Shown here: one piece after another, positions 8,887 to 18,760 of the stretch
Position numbering within the stretch: the stretch's first letter is position 1
How the letters are laid out: every line of letters begins with the position of its first letter
Source of the DNA: Nanobdellota archaeon
Lineage (GTDB): Archaea > Nanobdellota > Nanobdellia > Woesearchaeales > JAGLXL01
Direction of reading: 5' to 3'
Assembly: GCA_042577865.1 (NCBI GenBank)
Contig: JBHPDN010000001.1
Span: forward strand, 9,192-73,191
Length of the DNA: 64,000 bases
Notes under the pieces: model-generated
Database searches by the model: none
The model's input: only the letters and a program-made list of their open reading frames with translations
What the model was told of the DNA's origin: nothing
Program-made: the position numbers and the translations under genes

Positions 8887-9582
8887 TTAGATTGATGCTG
8901 CAAATAAAAACCCAAAGAAAACAGCAATAAAAGCAAAGAAAACTACTAAAACCAACATAAGTACTGCTGGTAAAATCACACCTGCTAAAAAGGCCTTGCC
9001 CTTGCTGATCTTGTGTAAAATACTGCCTCCAATCACCATCAGGAAAGCTGTCCAGATCAATAACAATAAAGTAACAAGACTCAGCGCCAAACTCAAGGCA
9101 ACATTTTCATTCAGATTAACAAAAATCATGACAAGATAATAAATCAGACCAAAAATCATGCTTGGTGTGGCAGCATAAACATAAGTCTTGAAAGTATCCT
9201 CAAATTTGCCTTTGCCGCTGACTAGTTTAAAAAATCCATGCAGGATTCCTGTAATGATAAACAGCACAATCAATCCCAAAATAAAGAAAAGCAGCAAAAT
9301 CGGATAACTTAAATTGATATCTTGATACATCTTTCCGGCTTCTCCAACATAATAAGCAATTGTAAATAAGGCAAAACTCAGAACAAAGAAAACCAGATAA
9401 TAAAGAAAGGCAGGTCCAACCCCTTTTTCTTTCAAAACAGACTTGTAAAATTTAGTCGGTTGAGTTAAGACTCCCTTTAATTTTGAAAAAAAGTTTGCCA
9501 TAAACAAGGGAATGTCAAAAGCATATAAATATTTTTCCAAAACAATAAAATTTAAATACCAATCAGATTTTATCAAAGCCAT
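8887..9582 (-). CDS. Yip1-like polytopic membrane protein
   Basis: 231 aa, about 5 TM helices after a hydrophilic N-terminus. Hydropathy pattern resembles the Yip1/DUF1282 family. Confidence 0.4.
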   Translation of the reverse strand: MALIKSDWYLNFIVLEKYLYAFDIPLFMANFFSKLKGVLTQPTKFYKSVLKEKGVGPAFLYYLVFFVLSFALFTIAYYVGEAGKMYQDINLSYPILLLFFILGLIVLFIITGILHGFFKLVSGKGKFEDTFKTYVYAATPSMIFGLIYYLVMIFVNLNENVALSLALSLVTLLLLIWTAFLMVIGGSILHKISKGKAFLAGVILPAVLMLVLVVFFAFIAVFFGFLFAASI

Positions 9583-9760
9583 GATGTTAGTTACAAAATC
9601 TCAAATCAAAGAGGCAGTCAAGTCAGCTAATTTAGGTATTGACAATATTTCTGGAGATTTTGCTGAAAAATTGGATCAAAAAGCCAAAGAATTGGTTAAA
9701 GAAGCTTGTCAAAGAGCTAAAGATAACGGCAGAAAGACAGTCATGGCCAAAGATTTGTAA
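9581..9760 (+). CDS. Archaeal histone (histone-fold, HMf family)
   Basis: The track ORF 9512-9760 overlaps the neighbour. The internal Met at 9581 gives a 59-aa product, MMLVTKSQIKEAVKSANLGIDNISGDFAEKLDQKAKELVKEACQRAKDNGRKTVMAKDL. It has a histone-fold pattern and the conserved ...A...GRKT(V/I)...D(L/I) C-terminus. Confidence 0.55.
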   Translation: MMLVTKSQIKEAVKSANLGIDNISGDFAEKLDQKAKELVKEACQRAKDNGRKTVMAKDL

Positions 9761-9810
9761 AATCTTTGGGCGACCAAAAATCTATGATTTTTATGTATGG
9801 CTAAGGATCT

Positions 9811-10698
9811 TTAAGAAACCAGTCTTTTTAACCAGGCAACCATACCTTTTTTCTTCTTAGGTGGCGGCGGTGGCAGTTCTTTAAATTCCAAATTCTTTTC
9901 AGGCATCTTTGGAAACATCATTGGTCTTTGTAATTCTCTTGGTGGCTGCATTCCTCTTGGCGGCTCTGGAGCTTCCGGAAAAATCATCTTATGTTTAACT
10001 GGACCGGATTGAGGATGGAACATTTGAGGTGGAGGAACTGGTTTAGGACTTGGACCCATGGTTCTCAGCTCTTGTTTTTTCTTTTCCACAACTTCAATTC
10101 TTTTGGTAATCAGTTTTTCTCTCAATTCAGCCAATCTATTAGAAATTTTATCCAGCTGTTCCTCGCTGTGTTTGCCTGAACTTTTCAAGGATTCATATTT
10201 TTGTTCTAAGGAAGCTACTTGTTTTTCAAGTTTAGTAATCTCTTCAAAATTTTCTTCCATTTTTTCTTTAATTTTAATTTCCAGTTCTTCCATTCTTCTT
10301 TCTCTGTCTGTTTTGATATTGATGAAGGTGTTGATTCTGGAACTTAACTCAGCAATTAAAAAATTAATCCTCTCAATTTTTGGTTTTAAATCGTCAGTTT
10401 TAGTTAAGGATAAATGTGATTTCAGACTGCTTATCTGATTTTTCAAATCTCTGATATCTTTGTCTTCTTTTTTTAGAATTTCAGTTTCCAAACTAGCCAC
10501 TTGTAAAACCATATCTTCCAGTTTTTCAAGCTCTTGTCTAAAAGTTCTTTTGACCCCTGGCAAAGCAGCCATTTTTTTTACTTTAGCCAGTTGCTTATTC
10601 AAATCATCTCTGTTAGACTGGCCGGCATCTCTTTTTTCACTGGCTTCTGCTAGAAGCTGGGCAAAACGAACTGTTTTAGAAGGATTAACATCAGCCAT
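9811..10698 (-). CDS. Coiled-coil protein with proline-rich tract and C-terminal amphipathic helix
   Basis: 295 aa. Long heptad-like region (EIL-KKEDKDIRDLKNQISSLK ... EKQVASLEQKYESLK). Pro-rich tail (PSPKPVPPPQMFHPQSGP ... LPPPPPKKKKG). Ends in GMVAWLKRLVS, which resembles the MinD membrane-targeting helix (GFLKRLFGG). Confidence 0.5.
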   Translation of the reverse strand: MADVNPSKTVRFAQLLAEASEKRDAGQSNRDDLNKQLAKVKKMAALPGVKRTFRQELEKLEDMVLQVASLETEILKKEDKDIRDLKNQISSLKSHLSLTKTDDLKPKIERINFLIAELSSRINTFINIKTDRERRMEELEIKIKEKMEENFEEITKLEKQVASLEQKYESLKSSGKHSEEQLDKISNRLAELREKLITKRIEVVEKKKQELRTMGPSPKPVPPPQMFHPQSGPVKHKMIFPEAPEPPRGMQPPRELQRPMMFPKMPEKNLEFKELPPPPPKKKKGMVAWLKRLVS

Positions 10699-10699
10699 T

Positions 10700-11290
10700 T
10701 TATTTTTTGAAGAACATTCCTAAAAGTCCTTTTTTGTGTGGCCCTGGTGGAGGAGGCATTTCTGACGGCATTGGAGCTCCGCTCGGTGGTGGAGCTAAGT
10801 GTGCTGTCGGTGTTGGCCTTCCTGAAGGAGCTGGTGGTGGAGGGGGCGGCATACTCGGACTTCTTCCTGGTGGAGGAGGCATTGGACTATGTGCCGGCAT
10901 CCTTGGCGGCACTCTTGGTACTGGTGGTGCCACTCTGATTGGCGGTGCCATTGGCGGTCTCCTCAAAGTTTCCACAATTGAAACCAAAGCTGTGGCAATT
11001 TCTTCATTTTGTTTTGCCAATTGGTCTATTTTTTTGCTCATACCTTTCAAAGCTGCTCCAGCGTCTCCTTTTTCATCAGTCTTTATTTCTTTTAAAGCTA
11101 TCTTAATAGCTTCCATAAAATCATGAATTGTATTTTTTACTTCAGCCATAGAAACAAGCAATTCTTTACCAACCTCATCTTCTGGCTTAGTTAATTTCTC
11201 CTTTAAGAGCTCGATTTCGTCTCTTAAATCAGAAAGAATTTGATGAGGGATAATTTCGTATTCTTCTTTTTCAACAGGTTTAGCTACCAT
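10700..11290 (-). CDS. Coiled-coil protein with long proline-rich tract and C-terminal amphipathic helix (paralog-like of the downstream gene)
   Basis: 196 aa. N-terminal coiled coil. About 75-aa tract of PPxP / PPPP repeats (PPMAPPIRVAPPVPRVPPRMP ... MPPPPPPAPSGRP ... MPPPPGP). Ends in KKGLLGMFFKK. 1-nt gap to the next gene, so probably one operon. Confidence 0.5.
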   Translation of the reverse strand: MVAKPVEKEEYEIIPHQILSDLRDEIELLKEKLTKPEDEVGKELLVSMAEVKNTIHDFMEAIKIALKEIKTDEKGDAGAALKGMSKKIDQLAKQNEEIATALVSIVETLRRPPMAPPIRVAPPVPRVPPRMPAHSPMPPPPGRSPSMPPPPPPAPSGRPTPTAHLAPPPSGAPMPSEMPPPPGPHKKGLLGMFFKK

Positions 11291-11396
11291 TTAAAACCAC
11301 CTTTTTTCTTGATTAAACTGAATTAATCAATTTTGGTTTATAAAGATTGCGTTTAATAAAGTTAAATATATAAAAGAGCAGGTCAAAAAAGTTAGC

Positions 11397-12245
11397 ATGA
11401 ATCAAAGGGACTTGCTTTGCAGTAGAATTGACCATTATTACATCAAAGATTGTGTTGGCAATGGTGGTTTCTCATGGGTTTACCGGGCTCTTGACCTTGA
11501 AAATCAAAAGTATGTCATTCTCAAAATCTTAAACCCTGACAAATCAGAAAATCCAATAGAAGTAGCCAGATCTGAACGTGAAGCAAAAATTTTGTCTGAA
11601 CTTGACCATCCTGGCATCATCAACATCATTGGAGACGCTAAGCTCCCTCCAGAAAAAAAACTTTCACATTATTTAGTTTTAGAAGATTTTCCTAGTTTTG
11701 ATTTAGAAAGTTGGGTTGGAACAGGCTACACTCAAAGATGGAGCTTATCCAAAAAAGCAGGCATTATTTTAGACACTGCCAGAGCTCTGGACTATTGTCA
11801 TCAAAAAGGTTTTATCCATCTTGACGGCAAGCTGGCTAATATTTTATATGATGGTAAAAAGGTCAAGATTATTGATTTTTACCTGGCCAAGGATTTGAAC
11901 AGACCAGAACTCAATGTCAGTCGTGGCCGGGATAATGTAGTTTATGGCACAGCCCAATTCATACCTCTTGAATTACTAAGTAAAAGAGACTGCCCTGCTT
12001 CAGATATTTTTTCATTAGGGGTTATTTTTTACAGTCTTCTCAAAGACAGAACTCTGCCATTCCCAGGTATTGAAGATGCTACTGATGCCATCAGAAAGCT
12101 GACAGAAGTTCCTTATCCCTTACATGTCGGAGCCAAAAGAGAACCCAAACAAATTCAGGACATTCTCATGGGCATGACCGAACCATCAGCTGGCGACAGA
12201 CCCCGAGCTGATGAAGTTGTTTCTGCTTTAAAGAAAATAGTTTAA
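11397..12245 (+). CDS. Eukaryotic-like Ser/Thr protein kinase (non-RD, atypical motifs)
   Basis: Gly-rich loop GNGGFSWVY, VAIK-like YVILKI, alphaC Glu (EREAKIL), catalytic loop HLDGKLAN (for HRDLKPEN), DFY (for DFG), PLE (for APE). 282 aa. Confidence 0.6.
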   Translation: MNQRDLLCSRIDHYYIKDCVGNGGFSWVYRALDLENQKYVILKILNPDKSENPIEVARSEREAKILSELDHPGIINIIGDAKLPPEKKLSHYLVLEDFPSFDLESWVGTGYTQRWSLSKKAGIILDTARALDYCHQKGFIHLDGKLANILYDGKKVKIIDFYLAKDLNRPELNVSRGRDNVVYGTAQFIPLELLSKRDCPASDIFSLGVIFYSLLKDRTLPFPGIEDATDAIRKLTEVPYPLHVGAKREPKQIQDILMGMTEPSAGDRPRADEVVSALKKIV

Positions 12246-12257
12246 AAAAATAAAAAA

Positions 12258-13889
12258 TTACATCCCCATTCCAGGTGGCATTCCGCCAGGAGGCATTTGT
12301 GGACCGGATTGTTTACCGCTGGCAATGACGTCATCAATTCTAAGAATCATTTCTGCCACTTCAGCTGCTGAACCAACTGCCTGTGTTTTAATTTTCAACG
12401 GTTCAATAACTCCACTTCGCCAGGCATTAATAACTCGGCCGGTAAAAACATCAATACCACCCCATTTCTCCTTCTTGGCATGAGCTTGATTTAATTTGGT
12501 CATGACATCAATCGGATCCAGACCAGCATTTTCAGAAAGTGTCCGAGGGATTACTTCCATCGCATCTGCAAAAGCATTGATTGCCAACTGTTCGCGACCT
12601 TTGTGATGACCTGCAAACTTACGCAACAAACGAGCCAGTTCAACTTCAGGAGCACCAGCACCACCTACAGCCTTTCCATTCTTAAGTGTCGCAGCAATGT
12701 CACCGATAGCATCGTCAATTGCTCTTTTGATTTCATCAGAAACATGTTCTGTTCCGCCTCTAATCAACAAAGTAACAGCTTTTGGATTTTTGCATTCCTC
12801 AACAAAAACCATTTCTTCATCGCCGACTTTTTCCTCACGGACAACACCAGCCATACCCAAATCTGCTGCAGTTAAATCATTCAAGTTAGTTACAACTTTA
12901 GCGCCAGTTGCCCGAGCCAACTTGTCCATATCAGATTTTTTAATCCGTCTGACAGCAAAGATTCCAGCCTTAGCTAAAAAATGCTGAGCTAAATCATCAA
13001 TACCTTTCTGACAGAAAATAACACTGGCACCAGAAGCAATAATCTTGTCAACCATATTTCGTAAAGTTCTTTCTTCCTGTTCTAAAAAAGCTTCAATCTG
13101 TGACGGATCAGTTATTTGAATCTTAGCGTCAATCTCAGTATTTTTAATTTCTAAAGCGCTGTCAACCAAAGCTAGTTTAGCATTTTCAACTTTTCTAGGC
13201 ATGCCTGCATGAACTTTTTCCTTGTCAATTAAAATACCTCTAATTAACTCACTTTTCTCAGCAGAACTACCCACCCTTTTCTCAATTTTAATATTTTCAG
13301 TGTCAATAAAAAAAGAGCCGTTTTCAATTTCAGCCACATCTTTGACAGCCTTAATCACCAGACCGGCCAAAACTTCTTTGGCAGTTTCAGCGCCCTTGCC
13401 AGTCATAGCAGTCATGGCAATATTTTTCAAAACAGCTTCATCCTTCATGCTTACTGTTTCAGCCATATCTTCTAAAATCTCATGAGCTTTTTTAGCTGCC
13501 AATCTGTAACCTTTGGCAATAATTGTTGGATGAATCTCTTGGTCTAACAAATCTTCAGATTTCTTTAACAATTCACCGGCTAAAACTACAGCTGTAGTGG
13601 TTCCGTCACCAACTTCATCTTCTTGTGATTTAGCCACTTCTACAATCATCTTAGCAGCCGGATGTTCAATATTCATTTCATTAAGTATAGTCACACCGTC
13701 ATTGGTCACAATGATATCATTCATAGAATCAACTAGCATCTTGTCCATGCCTTTTGGACCCAGTGTAGTTCGAACTGTCTGAGCAACTGCTTTAGCCGCC
13801 ATAATATTCATTCTTTGTGCATCTTTTCCAGATGTTCTTCTAGTATCTTCAGGTAAAATAAAGATTGGTTGTACATTTCCTTCAGCCAT
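12258..13889 (-). CDS. ths: Thermosome subunit (group II chaperonin)
   Basis: 543 aa. GDGTTT ATP-binding motif, equatorial/apical domain homology throughout, C-terminal GGM-type tail ([12 protein letters not shown]). Confidence 0.9.
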   Translation of the reverse strand: MAEGNVQPIFILPEDTRRTSGKDAQRMNIMAAKAVAQTVRTTLGPKGMDKMLVDSMNDIIVTNDGVTILNEMNIEHPAAKMIVEVAKSQEDEVGDGTTTAVVLAGELLKKSEDLLDQEIHPTIIAKGYRLAAKKAHEILEDMAETVSMKDEAVLKNIAMTAMTGKGAETAKEVLAGLVIKAVKDVAEIENGSFFIDTENIKIEKRVGSSAEKSELIRGILIDKEKVHAGMPRKVENAKLALVDSALEIKNTEIDAKIQITDPSQIEAFLEQEERTLRNMVDKIIASGASVIFCQKGIDDLAQHFLAKAGIFAVRRIKKSDMDKLARATGAKVVTNLNDLTAADLGMAGVVREEKVGDEEMVFVEECKNPKAVTLLIRGGTEHVSDEIKRAIDDAIGDIAATLKNGKAVGGAGAPEVELARLLRKFAGHHKGREQLAINAFADAMEVIPRTLSENAGLDPIDVMTKLNQAHAKKEKWGGIDVFTGRVINAWRSGVIEPLKIKTQAVGSAAEVAEMILRIDDVIASGKQSGPQMPPGGMPPGMGM

Positions 13890-14050
13890 AGATATCCCCT
13901 CGCATTTATAAGAAAACTTGATAAGTAGTTATATATAAAGATTGTGGTTAGTTAATCATAATTAATCTAAGGAATTATCTTAAAATCAAAAAAGAACCAT
14001 ATAAAAACTTAACCATAACCTTTAAAAATAACAAAGAATTCCAACAAAGC

Positions 14051-14392
14051 ATGCCAAAAAGACCAGTCCTGGGTTTAACCGAAAAAATCACTGTTATCGG
14101 ACCAGAAAAGAAAAAAACTGTTATGGCTCGTATAGATACCGGTGCCACTAAATCTTCTATTGATGTCGCCCTAGCTGCCGACCTAAAACTAGGCCCGGTT
14201 ATTTCAAAAAAATTAGTCAAATCAGCCAGCGGAACCATTATGAGGCCGGTCATCAAAGCAAAAGTTACTTTAATCAGAAAAAATTTCAATGAAGAATTTA
14301 CCTTAGCCGAAAGAAGTCATCTCAAATATCCTGTGCTTATCGGACAAAATATTCTTAAAAAAGAAAAATTCCTCATCGACCCTTTAAAATGA
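14051..14392 (+). CDS. Retropepsin-like aspartic protease domain protein (RimK-associated 'ATP-dependent zinc protease' family)
   Basis: 113 aa with D-T-G-A motif (ARIDTGATKSSID). Directly followed, with overlap, by a RimK-type ATP-grasp gene, a known conserved pair. Confidence 0.5.
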   Translation: MPKRPVLGLTEKITVIGPEKKKTVMARIDTGATKSSIDVALAADLKLGPVISKKLVKSASGTIMRPVIKAKVTLIRKNFNEEFTLAERSHLKYPVLIGQNILKKEKFLIDPLK

Positions 14393-15459
14393 AAGCTGCA
14401 TTAATCTCCCTTGGTAGTAAGAGTTCAGAATGGACTGTTGAAGCCATGAAAAAGTATTTTGACGAAGTTGAAAATGTTAATCTAAAAAATATTGAAGTCA
14501 ATCTTGGAGAAGAAGGAGAAGTTCTTTACAAAGAAGAACCCCTCAAAAAATATGACTGTGTTTTTGCCAAAGGTTCTTTCCGTTACACTAATCTGCTCCA
14601 ATCTATCGCTTCACTTCTCTACAAAAACACTTACATGCCCATCCAACCAAGAGCTTTCACCATTGCTCACAACAAACTTCTTACTCACTTGGAACTGCAA
14701 AAAAATAGAATTCCCTCTCCTAAAACATACATCTCTCCCACACAGGAAGCAGCCAAAGTCATTCTTAAAAAAATCAATTATCCTATTGTCATGAAATTCC
14801 CAGAAGGTACACAGGGCAAGGGTGTCATGTTTGCCGATTCTTTTGCTTCAGCTTCATCATTACTAGACGCTCTGGGCGCCCTAAAACAGCCGTTCATTAT
14901 CCAGGAATTTATTGAGTCAGGCAATGTTGATATCAGGGCTTTTGTTGTTGGTGACAAAGTTGTAGCTGCCATGATGAGAAAGGCAGAATCATCAGAACGC
15001 CGGGCTAACATCCATGCTGGCGGCAAAGGCAAAGCTGTTGAATTAGACCGTCAGAGTACTAAAATTGCTGTGGCTACTGCCAAAGCTCTTGGTGCTGAAA
15101 TTTGTGGGGTAGATATCTTGGAAGGGCCTAAAGGTCCGCTAGTCCTTGAAGCTAATATTTCTCCTGGTCTGCAGGGCATTTCTGCTGTTACTAAAATTGA
15201 CATTGCTGACAAGATTGCTAAATTCCTTGCCGACAAGACCAAGGAATTTGTGACTGTTAGGAAAAGGAGCAGTGCTGAAAAAATTGTTTCTGAAAAGATT
15301 GGCAAAGCAGAAGCCAAAGAGATTATTACCACTCTTGATTTCAGAGGGGAAAGAATTCTTGTTCCAGAAGTTATCAGTAAACTAACAAAATTCAACGAAA
15401 GGGACAACTACACTCTTAAAGCTCAAAAAGGCAAATTAAGTATTGAAGAATTTAAATAA
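14389..15459 (+). CDS. RimK-family ATP-grasp ligase (alpha-L-glutamate ligase-like)
   Basis: ATP-grasp motifs (PIVMKFPEGTQGKGV; IQEFIESGNVDIRAFVVGDKVVAAMMR; GVDILEGPKGPLVLEANISPG). Has an about 80-aa C-terminal extension beyond the ATP-grasp core. Confidence 0.8.
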   Translation: MKAALISLGSKSSEWTVEAMKKYFDEVENVNLKNIEVNLGEEGEVLYKEEPLKKYDCVFAKGSFRYTNLLQSIASLLYKNTYMPIQPRAFTIAHNKLLTHLELQKNRIPSPKTYISPTQEAAKVILKKINYPIVMKFPEGTQGKGVMFADSFASASSLLDALGALKQPFIIQEFIESGNVDIRAFVVGDKVVAAMMRKAESSERRANIHAGGKGKAVELDRQSTKIAVATAKALGAEICGVDILEGPKGPLVLEANISPGLQGISAVTKIDIADKIAKFLADKTKEFVTVRKRSSAEKIVSEKIGKAEAKEIITTLDFRGERILVPEVISKLTKFNERDNYTLKAQKGKLSIEEFK

Positions 15460-16261
15460 ATTTTGACAGGCGGGAAATAACATCTTGATGATTAATACTG
15501 TTGCTTCCCACTACTCCGCCGCCGATGATTGGTTCTGTCACACTGTATTCTAAAGGTTTGTCATAAAAACTAGTTATTTTTCCCTTTGCTTCTCTTAAGA
15601 TTATATCTGAAGCACATACTCCCCAATGATGGACTGTATGTGTTCGAATGCAGGCATCATATTCACCGTTAGCCACCAAACATAATTTCAATCCCAGACT
15701 TCCCATGCCTTTGACTGAACCAAAAGGCACTTCTTTTACAATATCAGTTAGTTTGGGGTCAACATTAGAACGGGTTACTAAAATTTTTGAGGTGTGAAGA
15801 CTTGGAGTATTAGAAACAAAAATTTGTTTTGGTTCTCCTCCACTCTCTTCTAAATAAGCTCCTCCCCCTTCAAAAGCATAAAACAATCTGTCAACTGCCG
15901 GCAGATAAACAACACCCAAAACCGCTTTGGTGTCTTCTACCTTACCCAACATGATTGAAAACTCTTTTCTATTATTCACAAATTCAACTGTTCCGTCCAA
16001 AGGATCCAATAACCAAAAACTCCTTGGATTTGCCATTTTTTCAGAACCTTCTTCAGAGATAATCCCATCATCCGGGAAATGTTCTTCTAGTTTGGAAACA
16101 ATATAATCATTAGCACCCTTGTCAGCGCTGGTTACTGGAGTTAAATTAGCCTTTTCTGTGACATGATAGATGCCAGTATCATAAAATTTCATGATTATTT
16201 TACCGGCTTCCCTGACAATGGCCTTGGCCAATTCCATTTCCCTGGCTAATCTTTCACTCAT
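15452..16261 (-). CDS. suhB: Inositol monophosphatase / fructose-1,6-bisphosphatase family protein (archaeal IMPase/FBPase)
   Basis: WLLDPLDGT metal-binding motif and family-wide homology. 269 aa. Confidence 0.8.
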   Translation of the reverse strand: MSERLAREMELAKAIVREAGKIIMKFYDTGIYHVTEKANLTPVTSADKGANDYIVSKLEEHFPDDGIISEEGSEKMANPRSFWLLDPLDGTVEFVNNRKEFSIMLGKVEDTKAVLGVVYLPAVDRLFYAFEGGGAYLEESGGEPKQIFVSNTPSLHTSKILVTRSNVDPKLTDIVKEVPFGSVKGMGSLGLKLCLVANGEYDACIRTHTVHHWGVCASDIILREAKGKITSFYDKPLEYSVTEPIIGGGVVGSNSINHQDVISRLSKFI

Positions 16262-17646
16262 TTTTCCTCATCAAATATTTTCCAGCTCCACCACTGCGAG
16301 TCGTTAGCTGTTTTTAATAATTGTAAATCATTGAATAATAATCTTCTGATAAAGTCAAGATAACCAGTTACTCTTTTTTCTCCTCTGCCAATGCCTTGCC
16401 TGATTGGCAGTCCCTGGCTGCCAAAATAAAAGTCAAGGTTGCTGGCCAGCCTTTTCAACTGAGCTGTATGGATATCTTGAAGTTTGTAAGTCGGACATTG
16501 TCGCAATAAATCATTTATTTGTCCAGGACTGTATTTTGTTCTCACTGCCGCAATATGGATTGTCTGTTCAATAGCTGTGGCCAAATAGGTTACATAAGCC
16601 TGGGCAAAATTTTCTTTGCCAATAACATCATTGACTAATCTGGCCAGTTCATCAACATCATGGACTCTCTCAACCTCGCCAGTTAATTCACCTCTGTAGA
16701 ATGCTTTCTGACCTTCATAATAAGCAATCACAAAAGGAATCTGTTCAACCGGGATCTTGGTATTTTCATCAATCAAATACCTGGTCGGATCTAAAATTAA
16801 TTTTCCTTTTCTGACATCTTCAAAATCAATTAATTTATCTAAAACATGGGCTGCATTTAAGTCGCCGTGAATAATTCCAACTTCATTAGTGTCATTCATG
16901 GCCTTTCTTCCTTTTCTAATCAACTGTCCGGCCATCTTGTCTATATTTACACCCAACTTTTTCCTGATTTGGCCCTTTGCCTTTCCTTCCTTGACCATAA
17001 TTTCTTTAAAATGGTGGAAATAAGCTAATCTTGTCAGGTATTTAGCATAAACCCTTACCTGTTGGTTGACAGGAGCATCTTCCAGATTTATTCGGTTAGC
17101 AAAATTAGCAGAATATTGCTCGCAATAAGCATGGAATCTGGCAATCATATCCATGGCTTCATAAACCAAAACCATTTTGGCTTCATCCAGTTTGTCTCTA
17201 ACCCTCCTAACCTCATCAGTATTCTCTCCCTGCAATGCACTAAATTTTTCTTTTTCTATTGCTGCAAATTTTTTCCTGTGGCAATCACCATGAACCCATT
17301 CTCTAAAGTATAACAAATGCTCCTTATTATAACCTAAAAATTGAGGAATAAGTTTAAGAGCTACACTAGGATCAGCTTCAGAAAGAATCTTATTAATGCC
17401 AGTTTCCCTGTAATGGGCTAAACTAGGGTCATTAAATTTTCTTGAAGTAGAAGTCATACCTTGAGCATATGAAAACCTTTTGACCATGATGTCCAGATCA
17501 TCAGGTTGGACTCGGACACGATAAATTGTAGAATATCTTCTTTTATAAGTCTCTAAAACTTCGAAACCATCCATGGGTAATTCCAGTCCTTTAAAGTCAC
17601 TTCGTTTCAGTCCATTCCTTGCCATTTTAATTCGATTTTCAATCAA
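16258..17646 (-). CDS. Protein-kinase-like fold protein (RIO/Bud32/Kdo-kinase-like)
   Basis: 462 aa with an IIHGDLNAAHVLD catalytic-loop-like motif (compare HGDLxxxN of RIO/Bud32/APH kinases). Otherwise unassigned. Confidence 0.4.
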   Translation of the reverse strand: MIENRIKMARNGLKRSDFKGLELPMDGFEVLETYKRRYSTIYRVRVQPDDLDIMVKRFSYAQGMTSTSRKFNDPSLAHYRETGINKILSEADPSVALKLIPQFLGYNKEHLLYFREWVHGDCHRKKFAAIEKEKFSALQGENTDEVRRVRDKLDEAKMVLVYEAMDMIARFHAYCEQYSANFANRINLEDAPVNQQVRVYAKYLTRLAYFHHFKEIMVKEGKAKGQIRKKLGVNIDKMAGQLIRKGRKAMNDTNEVGIIHGDLNAAHVLDKLIDFEDVRKGKLILDPTRYLIDENTKIPVEQIPFVIAYYEGQKAFYRGELTGEVERVHDVDELARLVNDVIGKENFAQAYVTYLATAIEQTIHIAAVRTKYSPGQINDLLRQCPTYKLQDIHTAQLKRLASNLDFYFGSQGLPIRQGIGRGEKRVTGYLDFIRRLLFNDLQLLKTANDSQWWSWKIFDEEK

Positions 17647-17662
17647 CCCTATTTAAATTTAA

Positions 17663-18616
17663 CTAAAAATAAATACATCTTCCAATATCTTGTACAGTCA
17701 GAGTTGTTTGTTTCAAATGATTGACTAAAAAACCAATTTTCTTTGCTGATTTATTTTCAAGATAGAAGTCATCTAACTTTCTGATAGCCGGTTCTTTCTC
17801 TGTTGACATCTCATAAGCTAAATTAACGTCTTGGTTGTGATAAGACTTCATCATGTTTAGATAAGTGCTCTCCACTTGGGCTAAAATCTGGACAAATTCT
17901 TTTTGCTTTGCTTTACTCAGCTGGATTTCTCTCATGATTTTGGCAACCCTCTTGACAGTATCACCAATATGTTCAATATTGGCTGTCAAACGCCACAACC
18001 CCAATAAATTCCAAGGTTCCAGATCAAACAGTTTTTTAGCCACCAAAGGATTTTTTAGCCCATACTTTATGGCTCTGAAAATCAAATAAGTTAAACGATT
18101 TATATCCCCATCTCTGGAATAAATATTATCAAAATTGTCTTCTTCAAAAGATTTTTTAGTATCAACCATCATGGAACGTACAATGATATCCATTTTTCTG
18201 ATTAGACTGGTAATTGAAATTTCCTTCATATTCAGAAAATCCTTGGCCACTATTCTGTCGCCTGTCTGCTCCATGGTTTCCAAGGCAATCAGACCTCTAA
18301 TCAGTTCTTTGATTGGTTCTGCTTTTTCTTTTATATCCTTACCTTTAAGAACTATAGACTCAAAACCATCAATATATGCAGGTATAATTTCCCTATACAA
18401 CTGTTTTACACTTTTGCCTTCAACATTTATCAGTATTTCTTTTGGTTCAGAAGGCTGGTCATTTTCATTTATCTTTGGCTGTAAAACGAGATTTCCATAC
18501 TCTTGATCCAAACGGATGAGATCTCCTTTCTTTAGTTTATTTTCAAAAACCCAATTTTTAGGAATAGAAACAACATAACTGCTTTTTCCAAATGATATTA
18601 ATTTTCTGTATTCCAT
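17663..18616 (-). CDS. Transcriptional regulator, AbrB/SpoVT N-terminal domain fused to PhoU-like domains
   Basis: Start taken at the internal Met (MEYRKLISFGKSSYVVSIPKNW... is a swapped-hairpin AbrB motif). Two PhoU-like helical repeats (IGDTVKRVAKIMREI). The track ORF extends to 18664. Confidence 0.6.
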   Translation of the reverse strand: MEYRKLISFGKSSYVVSIPKNWVFENKLKKGDLIRLDQEYGNLVLQPKINENDQPSEPKEILINVEGKSVKQLYREIIPAYIDGFESIVLKGKDIKEKAEPIKELIRGLIALETMEQTGDRIVAKDFLNMKEISITSLIRKMDIIVRSMMVDTKKSFEEDNFDNIYSRDGDINRLTYLIFRAIKYGLKNPLVAKKLFDLEPWNLLGLWRLTANIEHIGDTVKRVAKIMREIQLSKAKQKEFVQILAQVESTYLNMMKSYHNQDVNLAYEMSTEKEPAIRKLDDFYLENKSAKKIGFLVNHLKQTTLTVQDIGRCIYF

Positions 18617-18760
18617 ATAAATCCCCCCAAATAGCATATACACAAAATAATGCATATATAGCATTTAGGAAATGTATTTATATATAAATCTAACTGTTAT
18701 AACCAACCAATTAGTAATACATCAACTAAAGGGTATTATAGACTATAAAGGCAATCTAAA

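Noticed and set aside
10707-11126. 139-aa Gly-rich plus-strand ORF (GGGG repeats)
   Set aside because: It is the antisense reading of the poly-proline tract (CCN codons) of the minus-strand coiled-coil protein. The glycine runs are an artefact of the reverse frame.
13859-13889. GGM/PPG repeat at the thermosome C-terminus
   Set aside because: A methionine/glycine-rich tail is a normal feature of group II chaperonins.
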